Assembly (NCBI GenBank): GCA_048938895.1
Contig: JBHLLU010000008.1
Span: 39,470 to 103,469 of the forward strand
From: Promethearchaeota archaeon
Lineage (GTDB): Archaea > Asgardarchaeota > Lokiarchaeia > Sigyniarchaeales > SOKP01
Reading direction: 5' to 3'
Length of the DNA stretch: 64,000 nt
Shown: one piece after another, positions 1-9,452 of the stretch
Position numbering within the stretch: position 1 is the first letter of the stretch
Layout: each line of letters starts with the position of its first letter
Notes under the pieces: model-generated
Database searches by the model: none
Seen by the model: the letters and a program-made list of their open reading frames with translations, nothing else
What the model was told of the DNA's origin: nothing
Position numbers and translations under genes: made by a program

Positions 1-111
1 TTTAAGAAAACAGATTCAATGGAATTTTCATTCAAATAATTATAAATAAGCTAATTTTCTTTTTTTAATAAAAAGGAACGTAATGAAATAAAATTAAAGA
101 TTCAAATATTT

Positions 112-1533
112 ATGAAAATCTGCCCTTATTGTAAACAATCAATTGAAGAAGATTATCCATATTGCCCATATTGTAACAAACCATTAATTTCAAATTTGAA
201 GAAATCAATGCTTAGGGATATAAATTCAAAATTCATTGAAGAAGAATCTTTTTCTATTGATACAATAGAAGGCGATGGATATTATGAAGATATAATTATA
301 GAAGACGATAAAATAGAGCAAGAAATTAAAGAGATTAATGAAAATTTAGAAAGTAAGGAAATTTTGGGAGATCCAATACCTGGGGAACTATTGTTAAAAA
401 AATCAAGTTTATATTACAAAAAAAGAGATTTGCCTAATGCTCTAAAAAATCTTGAATTAGCATTAAGAAATTTTGAAGAAGAAGATGATTTATTTAATGT
501 AGCAATCTGTCATAATGAAATTGGATTAATTCAAGAAGATACAGGATTCTTTGATCAAGCAATCTATCATTTAAATAGATCTCTTGAAATCCTTAGAGAA
601 GTAAAAGATAACCTGAAGGTTATCAAAGTTCTAAATAATTTAGGAAATATTTACCTTTCAATCAAGGATTTAGAATATTCTTACAAATTTTATCAGGAAG
701 CTCTTGATTTATCTAAAAAAGAGAATCTATTATATGAAGAAGTTACGACTTCCAGTAATATAGTCGAAGTTCTTTACTTACTTAAAGATTTTAATCGAAT
801 TAAGAAAATCTTGGCAAGAAATATGGAATTCTTCACCCAAAAGGGTGATGCTTATGGTATTATAACTACTAAAATAAAGTATGGAAAATTGTATTATTTA
901 ATAGGAGAAGACTATAACTTAGCAAATGAGGAATTTACCACGGTTCTCCAATTGATAGAAACTGTACGTAATAATCTTTCCTTATATTTAAAAGCAAAAT
1001 TAGAATGGGAATGCTACTTATATCTTGGAAAGATAAATCTCTTATGGAATAATATTAAAGCTAGTGAAAATTCATTATTAAAAAGTCTTGAATCCGTAAG
1101 AATCTTTGAAATTGGCGATAATATTCATGAGGGGGAAATCTTAGAGAATCTAGGTGATATAAATGATTTAAAAGGAGAAACTCAAAAAAGTATTGAATAT
1201 TATATTCTCTCTTGCGAGATCTACTATAAATTCGGAGACAACATGAAATGTGCTCAATTAAAAGTAACTATTGCGGAAAAATATTTAAAAATTGGAGAAG
1301 AAAAATCAAAAACAATAAAATTTTTTGAGGAAGCTCTATCTATTTATGAGGACCTTCTTTATGTAAAAGAACTTGCAGATATCCACAATAAATTAGGTGA
1401 TATCTATTTACATGATGAGATGCCTAAATTAGCATTGGAACATTATGAACATTCGAGGAATTATTATAATGAGCTACAAGATGAAGAAAATCAGAAGAAA
1501 ATTGAAGCAAAATTAAATTCCTTAATAAGTTAA
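112..1533 (+). CDS. Zinc-ribbon + tetratricopeptide-repeat protein
   Basis: N-terminal CPYC-x10-CPYC, an acidic linker, then repeated TPR-like helices (CHNEIGLIQ, LNNLGNIY, LENLGDI, IHNKLGDIY). Confidence 0.85.
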   Translation: MKICPYCKQSIEEDYPYCPYCNKPLISNLKKSMLRDINSKFIEEESFSIDTIEGDGYYEDIIIEDDKIEQEIKEINENLESKEILGDPIPGELLLKKSSLYYKKRDLPNALKNLELALRNFEEEDDLFNVAICHNEIGLIQEDTGFFDQAIYHLNRSLEILREVKDNLKVIKVLNNLGNIYLSIKDLEYSYKFYQEALDLSKKENLLYEEVTTSSNIVEVLYLLKDFNRIKKILARNMEFFTQKGDAYGIITTKIKYGKLYYLIGEDYNLANEEFTTVLQLIETVRNNLSLYLKAKLEWECYLYLGKINLLWNNIKASENSLLKSLESVRIFEIGDNIHEGEILENLGDINDLKGETQKSIEYYILSCEIYYKFGDNMKCAQLKVTIAEKYLKIGEEKSKTIKFFEEALSIYEDLLYVKELADIHNKLGDIYLHDEMPKLALEHYEHSRNYYNELQDEENQKKIEAKLNSLIS

Positions 1534-2213
1534 TTAGTATAAATTTCGAAATCGTCTTTTCTATAAAGTTTTTTCTCAAATTCTTCAAATCCTAATCCTT
1601 TCATAAATGTATAACTGACCTTATTATCATTATATACTTCTGCTCTAATTTCTTTTACATTACTGTAATTTTGTTTCAAGAAATTCCACACATAAACCCC
1701 TAGTATTTTACCAAGACCTCTACGTTGGAACCTTGGAATTACTGCTAATGCTGCGATAATTGCAGATTCATTATTTTCTCCTTCAAAATCAAGAAGAACG
1801 AACGCAGCGTCTATTCCATAAACTTTTGCAATAAGAAAGACTGTCTCAGGATTTTCAAGAATTGTAGATAAATCGGTCTTAGTTATAGGGCGAAAAGGAG
1901 TATTACTTGTCAACCAAGCTCGATTATAAATATTTTTGAGGCTTTCTAGATCTTCTAACTTTGCCTCTCGAATTTTTGCTTTAAGAATATTGTGTTCTAC
2001 TTTTCCTTTTAGTTCCTCTTCAAATTCATTGGTTATTTTACTTACAGGAAGTCTCATCTGGATATATATCATCCCATCCCGATAAATATCTTCCGTTTTT
2101 TCTTCGACTAATTCTTTACGCTTCTTTTTCTTTTCTATTGAGAGGAATAATGCTCTTATTCTTCTCTTCTTCAGATCTACTTTTCCACTACGCTCTGGTT
2201 TAGAATCAGACAT
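1530..2213 (-). CDS. GNAT family N-acetyltransferase
   Basis: Acetyl-CoA motif A (LAVIPRFQRRGLG) and C-terminal N-x-x-S-x-x-F-x-x-x-LGF. Confidence 0.85.
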   Translation of the reverse strand: MSDSKPERSGKVDLKKRRIRALFLSIEKKKKRKELVEEKTEDIYRDGMIYIQMRLPVSKITNEFEEELKGKVEHNILKAKIREAKLEDLESLKNIYNRAWLTSNTPFRPITKTDLSTILENPETVFLIAKVYGIDAAFVLLDFEGENNESAIIAALAVIPRFQRRGLGKILGVYVWNFLKQNYSNVKEIRAEVYNDNKVSYTFMKGLGFEEFEKKLYRKDDFEIYTN

Positions 2214-2233
2214 AATAAATGGGATTAATTAAA

Positions 2234-3868
2234 TTAAGGTAATAAATTTAAATTTTCCCGGATTGTATTCTCACCAATTTCAGTTATGAGGTTATTTTCT
2301 TTTAATTTTGAAATACCTAACTGTATTTTCTTCTTTAGATTCACATCTTTTATCAAATTTTTCCTGTCTGATGAAAATTCAAAATTTGATCTTACTGCCA
2401 TATTATTCTCAATTATCTCATTCAGAGTATTTTTTAATTGAAGTATTGGTTCTGAAATAAACTCATATATATTATTCGGATCATTTGTAATATACCCAGG
2501 AAATAAAATATTCATACGTTCTTCCATCTGTGCTTCATTTTCAATAAACAAAACATAAATGGGCAAATATATCCATTGGATCGGTCTTGAAAACAACTCT
2601 GATTGATTATCGGTTAATGACCATCTAACTAACTGTTGAGCTTCTTGTAGACAGTCAATGTGCTTACATTTTATAATTTCCTTAATCTTGTTAAATAAAC
2701 TTTCAATCTGGTCTTTTTGTGCTTTTAACTCAGAAATCTTTCCCTCTTTTTCACTCTCAAATTCTGAAAGTAGCCTGTCTCTATCTTTTAATTTTAAGTT
2801 CTGTGATTCTCTAAATTGTTCCAATTTATTCTTGGCTTCTTGGTCAATCAAATCAGCCCGATTTTTCAACTCAACAAATCTTTGTTTAAGTATTTCAACT
2901 GATTCTAAGAACTTCTCTCCCTCAACTTTCAAATAGTCAAAGTGATTTTGAAAATGTGGCAAAATATCTTTAAAAACTCTACTCTTGAGAGAATCGCTAT
3001 CTACAAAAAATTTATTCTTTTTAATAATCTCCTCAAGATTTCTTTCAGAAGTTTTAAATAGTGTGGAGATGCTCTCAATAATTTTTTTCTTTTCTTCCAC
3101 ATTCCATTGATCGATTTTGTCCTGTTCTAATTTTAACTCATGCTCTATTTGTGTTGGATCAATAGTGGATGAAGCTTTGTTAATTTGACTAGAATATCGA
3201 CTATTGAGATCCTTTAACTGAACATTTAGATCCACAAGCCACTTATCTACTTCTTTTTCTATTAACTCTATTTGTGAATTCCATCTAAAAGCGTTCCCTT
3301 TCATTGTGTTAATTATGTTGCGGTAGTCTTCTGCAATAGTTAAAGCATTTTCAGTAGTAATACTATGATCTAAAACAGTATAATCAATAATAGGCTTATA
3401 TTCTATTAACGGCATTATTTGAACTAATGTTTGAAGAAATTCTGGATTTATTAAACCATCAAGTATGAGTGATTGATATTCAGACTCTTCACCTTCCCCA
3501 ATTTCTTCTGCTTCAATGTCTGTATAAGTTAAAATTTCTATTAGCTTATTTAATTCTTCCAATTTGGTTCTGTTTTCAATATTTCTCAGAATGTGCCCCA
3601 CTAAGGGTTGACGAGGGGAATTTGAAAATTTATCAATCTTTTTAAAAATACCTAACCCGTCTAGCATTATATGTGTACCAATAGTTCCTTGTATACTTAA
3701 TATTGGCCAAAGAAGTCTTGAAAAAGAAAGGATCTTTTCATTTACACCTAAATTTTTAGTTAAAAGATAAAATGTAAGAGCTAGTTCGTCATTTCCTTGA
3801 ATTATAGGACGTCTTCTCATTTTACCTATAAAAAAAGGTAATAAATATTGGTTACCATGTACAGACAA
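2234..3868 (-). CDS. Hypothetical protein with long central coiled coil
   Basis: 544-aa ORF with a TTG start preceded by AGGAGA; heptad-rich E/K/Q centre flanked by globular ends. Confidence 0.7.
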   Translation of the reverse strand: MSVHGNQYLLPFFIGKMRRRPIIQGNDELALTFYLLTKNLGVNEKILSFSRLLWPILSIQGTIGTHIMLDGLGIFKKIDKFSNSPRQPLVGHILRNIENRTKLEELNKLIEILTYTDIEAEEIGEGEESEYQSLILDGLINPEFLQTLVQIMPLIEYKPIIDYTVLDHSITTENALTIAEDYRNIINTMKGNAFRWNSQIELIEKEVDKWLVDLNVQLKDLNSRYSSQINKASSTIDPTQIEHELKLEQDKIDQWNVEEKKKIIESISTLFKTSERNLEEIIKKNKFFVDSDSLKSRVFKDILPHFQNHFDYLKVEGEKFLESVEILKQRFVELKNRADLIDQEAKNKLEQFRESQNLKLKDRDRLLSEFESEKEGKISELKAQKDQIESLFNKIKEIIKCKHIDCLQEAQQLVRWSLTDNQSELFSRPIQWIYLPIYVLFIENEAQMEERMNILFPGYITNDPNNIYEFISEPILQLKNTLNEIIENNMAVRSNFEFSSDRKNLIKDVNLKKKIQLGISKLKENNLITEIGENTIRENLNLLP

Positions 3869-4041
3869 GGATATTCTCCTACTTTTTTAAACTATCTAAT
3901 AAAATTTATTCTAAATATATTAAATTTATAGCGATTTAGTTTTAAAATTTTAATCTTTTTTTAAAGATAACAAAAAAGTAAGCACTTAAATATAAAAGAA
4001 ATGACCGTAAGTAAAAAAATTTAAGCTTAGAAGATAACAAT

Positions 4042-4908
4042 TTATTTTAACTGTTCATAGTTATTAGCTATAACCAATATAAGGAGAGCTAACAAAATAA
4101 TCAATGGTGGTAATATGGCTTTTACATGTGTAAACGCAGCTACATCAAGTGCTCCCTGCAATATTCTTCCTCCAATGAAATATAAAAGAAACCCGATTGC
4201 ATTTAATGCGTAAGATTTTCTTAAAACTCCAAAAGTTTTCAAGGCAAGATACAGAAACACAAACGGAATTAAGGCGAGAAATAAGGGCATAAAGATAAAA
4301 TTATATAGAAATCTCCCAAGAGGATACTCCCAAGATCCAATTGTTATTGAAATTATATTATCTGTAGGTAATGAATAATCACTCGGGAAGTCTGGATCCA
4401 TAAAAAGCCATTTAGACAATGTCAAAGCAAGAATTCCTATAATCACGGGAAAAATGATTAGTGCCAAACGAATAATTAATTTGATATGATTTTTATTTTT
4501 AAACCAATTTTTTAAAGAAAATCTTTCTTCTTCTTTTTCTTCTAGTTGAGTATCGGGAGGAAATAATAAAATTCCTAAAACTCCGACAGCACAGGCGACG
4601 CCAACCCAAGTAAAAAATGTTGCGAATCTATAATTAATCATTAAAAATTCTACAACCTCAGGACCATTTGTTGCACCGTCAAATAATTCTGGACCGAAAA
4701 AATAATACACTATAAAAAACACTCTAGCAATCCCAAAACACAGAAAGAATAAGCTAAAAAACAACCAATATATCTTCTTTGTCATGCGAAATCTGATGAA
4801 TAGGAAGTAGAAAAATAACAAGAAGAAATAGCCTACAATAACAAAATAAAGCCCCATCTCAAGGCCTTCCCATAATCCAAAATATTGAAAAGTATCTTGA
4901 AATAACAT
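4042..4908 (-). CDS. Uncharacterised 7-TM membrane protein
   Basis: Seven hydrophobic segments by eye, with a charged loop after TM3. Confidence 0.7.
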   Translation of the reverse strand: MLFQDTFQYFGLWEGLEMGLYFVIVGYFFLLFFYFLFIRFRMTKKIYWLFFSLFFLCFGIARVFFIVYYFFGPELFDGATNGPEVVEFLMINYRFATFFTWVGVACAVGVLGILLFPPDTQLEEKEEERFSLKNWFKNKNHIKLIIRLALIIFPVIIGILALTLSKWLFMDPDFPSDYSLPTDNIISITIGSWEYPLGRFLYNFIFMPLFLALIPFVFLYLALKTFGVLRKSYALNAIGFLLYFIGGRILQGALDVAAFTHVKAILPPLIILLALLILVIANNYEQLK

Positions 4909-5027
4909 GAGTATGTGAAATTTTTATAATTGCTTTAAATAATATTATTATCTTTTAGTTGTATAAAAATTTATTTCAATTTTGATTTTAATCAAATACA
5001 AATATTATCAATTATTTTAAAATCTAT

Positions 5028-6521
5028 ATGAAAATCGAGAACAGCATCGAGACGTTTAACTCATTACTAAAACGTCGTGGGTTCATTTGGGGTCCATCAC
5101 CTGAAATTTATGGCGGATTTGCGGGTTTTTATTCTTATGGTCCAGCAGGGATGGCTCTTAAGAATAATGTGTTAGATCTTTTTAGACGAGAATGTCGATA
5201 TTTTGGTTTTGGGGAGGTTGAATGTCCTACTATTTTGCCACGTATCGTTTGGGAAGCTTCAGGACACTTAGAAAGATTCATAGATCCAGTAATTAGATGC
5301 AATCAATGCAATACATTGTATAGAGCTGACAAGTTTCTTCAAGAACAGCTACCGAACCTCATGATTGATGGATTATCATACGATGAAATGGAAGATTTAA
5401 TTAGAAAACATGAATTAGTATGCCCAAAATGCCAAAATTCTTTTCAAAAAATAGAAGAATATAATTTAATGTTAAAAACATCTGTAGGAAACAATGTTAC
5501 GGCATTTCTACGCCCCGAAACAGCCACAACAACCTATTTACTTTTCAACCGTTTGGATCAAGATGCAAGAAGACAATACCCTCTTAAAATTTACCAATAT
5601 GGCAAAGCTTATCGGAATGAAATCTCTCCAAGACAAGGAGTTTTACGTATGAGGTCTTTTGATCAATTTGAACTGCAAATATTCATAAGTAAAGATCAAG
5701 AAATGGCTTATGAGGATTATGAAGAAGTAAAAAAAAACAAATTACCCTTATTGGATTGGAAGCTACAAGAAAAAGGAATCAATGAACCTACAATTTTATC
5801 ACTAGAACAAGCTATTATGAATAAAATACTTAAAAAACCGGCTTATGCCTATTGCCTTTACATCGCATATTATTTAACATCCATCCTTGATATTCCCCAA
5901 GAGTTAATTAGATTCAGACAACATTCTATTAATGAAAGGGCTCACTATGCTGATGATGCTTGGGATTTAGAAATAAACACTAGACAATATGGATGGGTGG
6001 AGATATGTGGTATTCATGATAGAACTGATTATGATTTGAAAAGGCATGCTGAATTTTCAAAACAAAACTTTGAAGTAATTATGGATCCTAGCACAAACGT
6101 GAAGGAAATTCCTCAAGTTCTTGAAATCGCTTTTGGAATTGATAGAATTTTGTATTGTTTGCTTGAAACTACATTTAACATTAACCAAGAAAGAATTATA
6201 TTACGATTAAATTCAATATTATCACCAAATACAGTAGCAGTCTTTCCGCTTGTTCGAAATAAGGAGAGTATTAGAAAATTGGCTCTGAAAGTTCATAGAA
6301 TGCTTCTAGAAAATCGTATAGGCTCTTTTTATGATCCTTCTGGATCAATAGGAAAGAGATATCGTAGACAAGACGAATTAGGTACAAAATGGTGTATTAC
6401 GATAGATTATGAGTCACTAGAAGATAATACAGTAACCCTCAGAGAACGTGATTCAATGGGACAAATCCGGATTAATATCTCAAAACTTCCCGAAATTGTA
6501 AAAAAAAAGCAAAAAGAGTAA
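5028..6521 (+). CDS. glyS: Glycyl-tRNA synthetase (alpha2, archaeal/eukaryotic type)
   Basis: RRGF..EIYGG, LRPETA, GKAYRNEISPRQG.LR.R, GWVEICG, GSIGKRYRRQDELGT anticodon domain; CxxC..CxxC insert. Confidence 0.97.
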   Translation: MKIENSIETFNSLLKRRGFIWGPSPEIYGGFAGFYSYGPAGMALKNNVLDLFRRECRYFGFGEVECPTILPRIVWEASGHLERFIDPVIRCNQCNTLYRADKFLQEQLPNLMIDGLSYDEMEDLIRKHELVCPKCQNSFQKIEEYNLMLKTSVGNNVTAFLRPETATTTYLLFNRLDQDARRQYPLKIYQYGKAYRNEISPRQGVLRMRSFDQFELQIFISKDQEMAYEDYEEVKKNKLPLLDWKLQEKGINEPTILSLEQAIMNKILKKPAYAYCLYIAYYLTSILDIPQELIRFRQHSINERAHYADDAWDLEINTRQYGWVEICGIHDRTDYDLKRHAEFSKQNFEVIMDPSTNVKEIPQVLEIAFGIDRILYCLLETTFNINQERIILRLNSILSPNTVAVFPLVRNKESIRKLALKVHRMLLENRIGSFYDPSGSIGKRYRRQDELGTKWCITIDYESLEDNTVTLRERDSMGQIRINISKLPEIVKKKQKE

Positions 6522-6651
6522 ATTCATACATTTATATTTAATATTTCAAAATTTTTGCGACTTTCAGAAAAAATTTTAAAGAGAAGGATTTTTTAAAAAT
6601 ATAATTTAATAATTATACTATTAATTAAACATACATATCGTTTAATTTGAA

Positions 6652-9447
6652 ATGAGTTTTTTTAATTTCTCTGATTTAAGAAAGAAAAGAAGGCAAAATA
6701 GAAAGTCTTCCAAGATTTTAATTGGTATTTTCTTCATTTTTATGTTTACTCTAAGCAATTTATATCTTTATAGTTCTTTAGATCGGGATAATAATTATCC
6801 TGTCAAAGATGTCAATAAAATAGAGGATGATATGTTTGATTTTGATCAAAATAGTCTAGAAATGGCAACTGATCTTTCAATGCTTCAAAATCCTTTTATT
6901 CAAAATTTCGAAGGGATGCATAATTTCTTTGTAAACAAATATGAATCAAGTTTAGAATTTGATGTTCCTCTCTATTATCGGAAAGGCGATACAAATGGAA
7001 TTATAATTGATGATACGATCTATTCAGAAGATAATCTACTAATGTATAATTCATTAATAAAGTTAGAGATTACCCCAACTGAGACTTTTGATATTTTCTT
7101 AAAGTTGAAATCTACACCTTTATGGTATGATGGCATCGGACTATATGATTATGGATTTGTGAAATCAGTTGATAATTTGACGGGGGAAGTAAAAAATGAT
7201 GAAAGATATCTACGGGATAATCTTTTGCCAATAATTCTATTAATTGAAAATATAGAAGAAGATATTGATGATATTTCAATTGGTGGAACACATCCAACAG
7301 ATTCAATAGAAGAAATGTTTTATCTTATAAATTCAACTGAATTCTGGGATGAAACTTATGATGGCTTTGATAATTCCAATTCTACGAATTACAAATACTC
7401 GGAAAGTAATTTTTATGCAATTCTAGCAAATCTCCTAATCCACCGCACTTATGATCAACTAGGATTAAATGAAGCTATAAAGGATAGAGCATATGATTTG
7501 GCTAACAAAACAATGTATTCTATGATAAATAATATGTGGGAAGGCACAGCATTCTATCACGATGCAAATAGAGTTTGGGACACCTCGGGTGGGGGACAAC
7601 AATACTTTCATTTAAAAACGAATGCATTAGGTATCCTAGCTTTGCTAGAATTTTGGGTGGGATCTGGAATGGAAAGCACCTCACCTTTCTTCTCATTAGC
7701 AACACAACTTTATAATAGTTTAAATAACAACATTTGGAACGATATTGACAGACTGTACTACAACGTGACCCAACCTAATTGGAATATTGTAGACTTTAAC
7801 TATGATCTTAATGCCAATGCTTTAATGTTAGAGGCATGTATAAGATTTTTCCAACTTACAGGAAATATTACCTATTATGATAGAGCTATAGAATTGTTTG
7901 ACTCATTTGAAAATAATTTATATGATGATATAAATAGTGCTTATGATTTTTCACTAGCAGATAATAGTAAGAATTTGAACTCAAACTTAAAGCTCTTCGC
8001 AGCGTATTTAGCAGCATCTGACACATATGGTAATACCGTATTAGAAGCAAAATACAATATAACTTCGACAATTCCAAGTTATATCTTCAATCAAGATATT
8101 ATGAATATAACTTCAGTATATTCATTTATAAACTCAGAAACTTACTACAACCTTACAACAGAATCTTATCTTCCATTTACCATAAGGTATAATATAACTG
8201 ACGTTGGCATCAATTATCTTTTCAAGTATCCAAATGGAACATTCTTATATCAATTTAAATATCAAATTATTAGTCCAGACGATTCACATACACTTATACA
8301 TGCTATAGAAGAAGCATTGCCCATAGGAGAGGGCTATTATATTTATATATGGGCAAATACGTCATATTTTAGTTTGGGTGATGTGGTAAAACGTTTTAAT
8401 GTAATTTCAGGATTAATTGATGAACCAATTGAGGGTTTGGTTAGTTTGCTATACCAAGGGCCTATCTTAAATATAACACTCCCAATCAATTATACTCGTA
8501 AAGATAATTTAACACTTATGGCTTCACTTACAGGTAGAGGGATTGTGAACTTTACTGCTCAAGAAGTAAATTTTACGGAAAATTATCAAGAAAGAGGTGT
8601 AATCACATATGTTCAGTTTAATCTTACTGCTAGACCGGGGGCAGTTCCAGGACCAAGTGAGATAGACTTTAAAATTTATCAGGGAAATTTAATTTATCTT
8701 GAAGTGAAAAAAAGTATTGAAATCGGGTATTCATTTGATTATGAACATTTAATATACCAAAGTAAGGTTGTAAGAGGAGAAAATATTGCTGTATATTTAG
8801 ATTTAATAAATTTTCTCCCTAATGCAACACAGTCTTTAAATGTTAGTTTTTCAGGCATAACCGAGCCTTCCATTGAAAAATTTATCCAAGAAGAGACCTT
8901 GTATGAGGAAGAGATACGATCGGTTTCCTATTCTTTACAAACTCTAGATAATATTGTAAATGATACCATTAGAATAGAAATGAATATTATGCAAAATACA
9001 ACAATATATTACACTGATATTTTAATTATAGAAATTATCCCTAAATTTGTAATAATGAGTGTATCGTTCCCAGCTAAACTCTCTCAAGGTGCTCCGGCTT
9101 ATTTTATTCTAATTCTTCAAAATAATCTAGAAGATCCAGAAGGATTTACACTCTATCTGAATGGAAAAATTATACAGACAAATATTAATGAGCTAATCCC
9201 TGGAGAAAATAGAATTGTGAAAAAAATCAGTACTACATCTAATCCTTATGAGTTTGGGGTCAAAATATTTAGACTAACTATAGAAGACAGCGAAAATAAT
9301 GAAATCGCGAAATTCTATTTCAAAGTTGATATAGAATTATCAACATTTAATTTAGTCTTATTCTATTTATTACCTTCTATTGTACCCCTCGGCATAATTT
9401 TGTACTTCTTAAATCAACAGATTAAACATAAAAAATTAAGGCGATAA
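6652..9447 (+). CDS. Large membrane-anchored surface glycoprotein with alpha/alpha-toroid (six-hairpin glycosidase-like) and Ig-like domains
   Basis: N-terminal basic stretch plus TM; helical repeats (NALGILALLEF; NALMLEA..RFFQLTGNITYYDRA); beta-rich C-half; C-terminal TM with basic tail; many N-x-S/T sequons. Confidence 0.6.
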   Translation: MSFFNFSDLRKKRRQNRKSSKILIGIFFIFMFTLSNLYLYSSLDRDNNYPVKDVNKIEDDMFDFDQNSLEMATDLSMLQNPFIQNFEGMHNFFVNKYESSLEFDVPLYYRKGDTNGIIIDDTIYSEDNLLMYNSLIKLEITPTETFDIFLKLKSTPLWYDGIGLYDYGFVKSVDNLTGEVKNDERYLRDNLLPIILLIENIEEDIDDISIGGTHPTDSIEEMFYLINSTEFWDETYDGFDNSNSTNYKYSESNFYAILANLLIHRTYDQLGLNEAIKDRAYDLANKTMYSMINNMWEGTAFYHDANRVWDTSGGGQQYFHLKTNALGILALLEFWVGSGMESTSPFFSLATQLYNSLNNNIWNDIDRLYYNVTQPNWNIVDFNYDLNANALMLEACIRFFQLTGNITYYDRAIELFDSFENNLYDDINSAYDFSLADNSKNLNSNLKLFAAYLAASDTYGNTVLEAKYNITSTIPSYIFNQDIMNITSVYSFINSETYYNLTTESYLPFTIRYNITDVGINYLFKYPNGTFLYQFKYQIISPDDSHTLIHAIEEALPIGEGYYIYIWANTSYFSLGDVVKRFNVISGLIDEPIEGLVSLLYQGPILNITLPINYTRKDNLTLMASLTGRGIVNFTAQEVNFTENYQERGVITYVQFNLTARPGAVPGPSEIDFKIYQGNLIYLEVKKSIEIGYSFDYEHLIYQSKVVRGENIAVYLDLINFLPNATQSLNVSFSGITEPSIEKFIQEETLYEEEIRSVSYSLQTLDNIVNDTIRIEMNIMQNTTIYYTDILIIEIIPKFVIMSVSFPAKLSQGAPAYFILILQNNLEDPEGFTLYLNGKIIQTNINELIPGENRIVKKISTTSNPYEFGVKIFRLTIEDSENNEIAKFYFKVDIELSTFNLVLFYLLPSIVPLGIILYFLNQQIKHKKLRR

Positions 9448-9452
9448 GACTA

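Noticed and set aside
2234-3868. SMC/Rad50 call
   Set aside because: No Walker A/B, signature motif, hinge or Zn hook
4042-4908. Rhodopsin call for the 7-TM protein
   Set aside because: No DxxxK or SxxxK retinal-binding motif within helix 7
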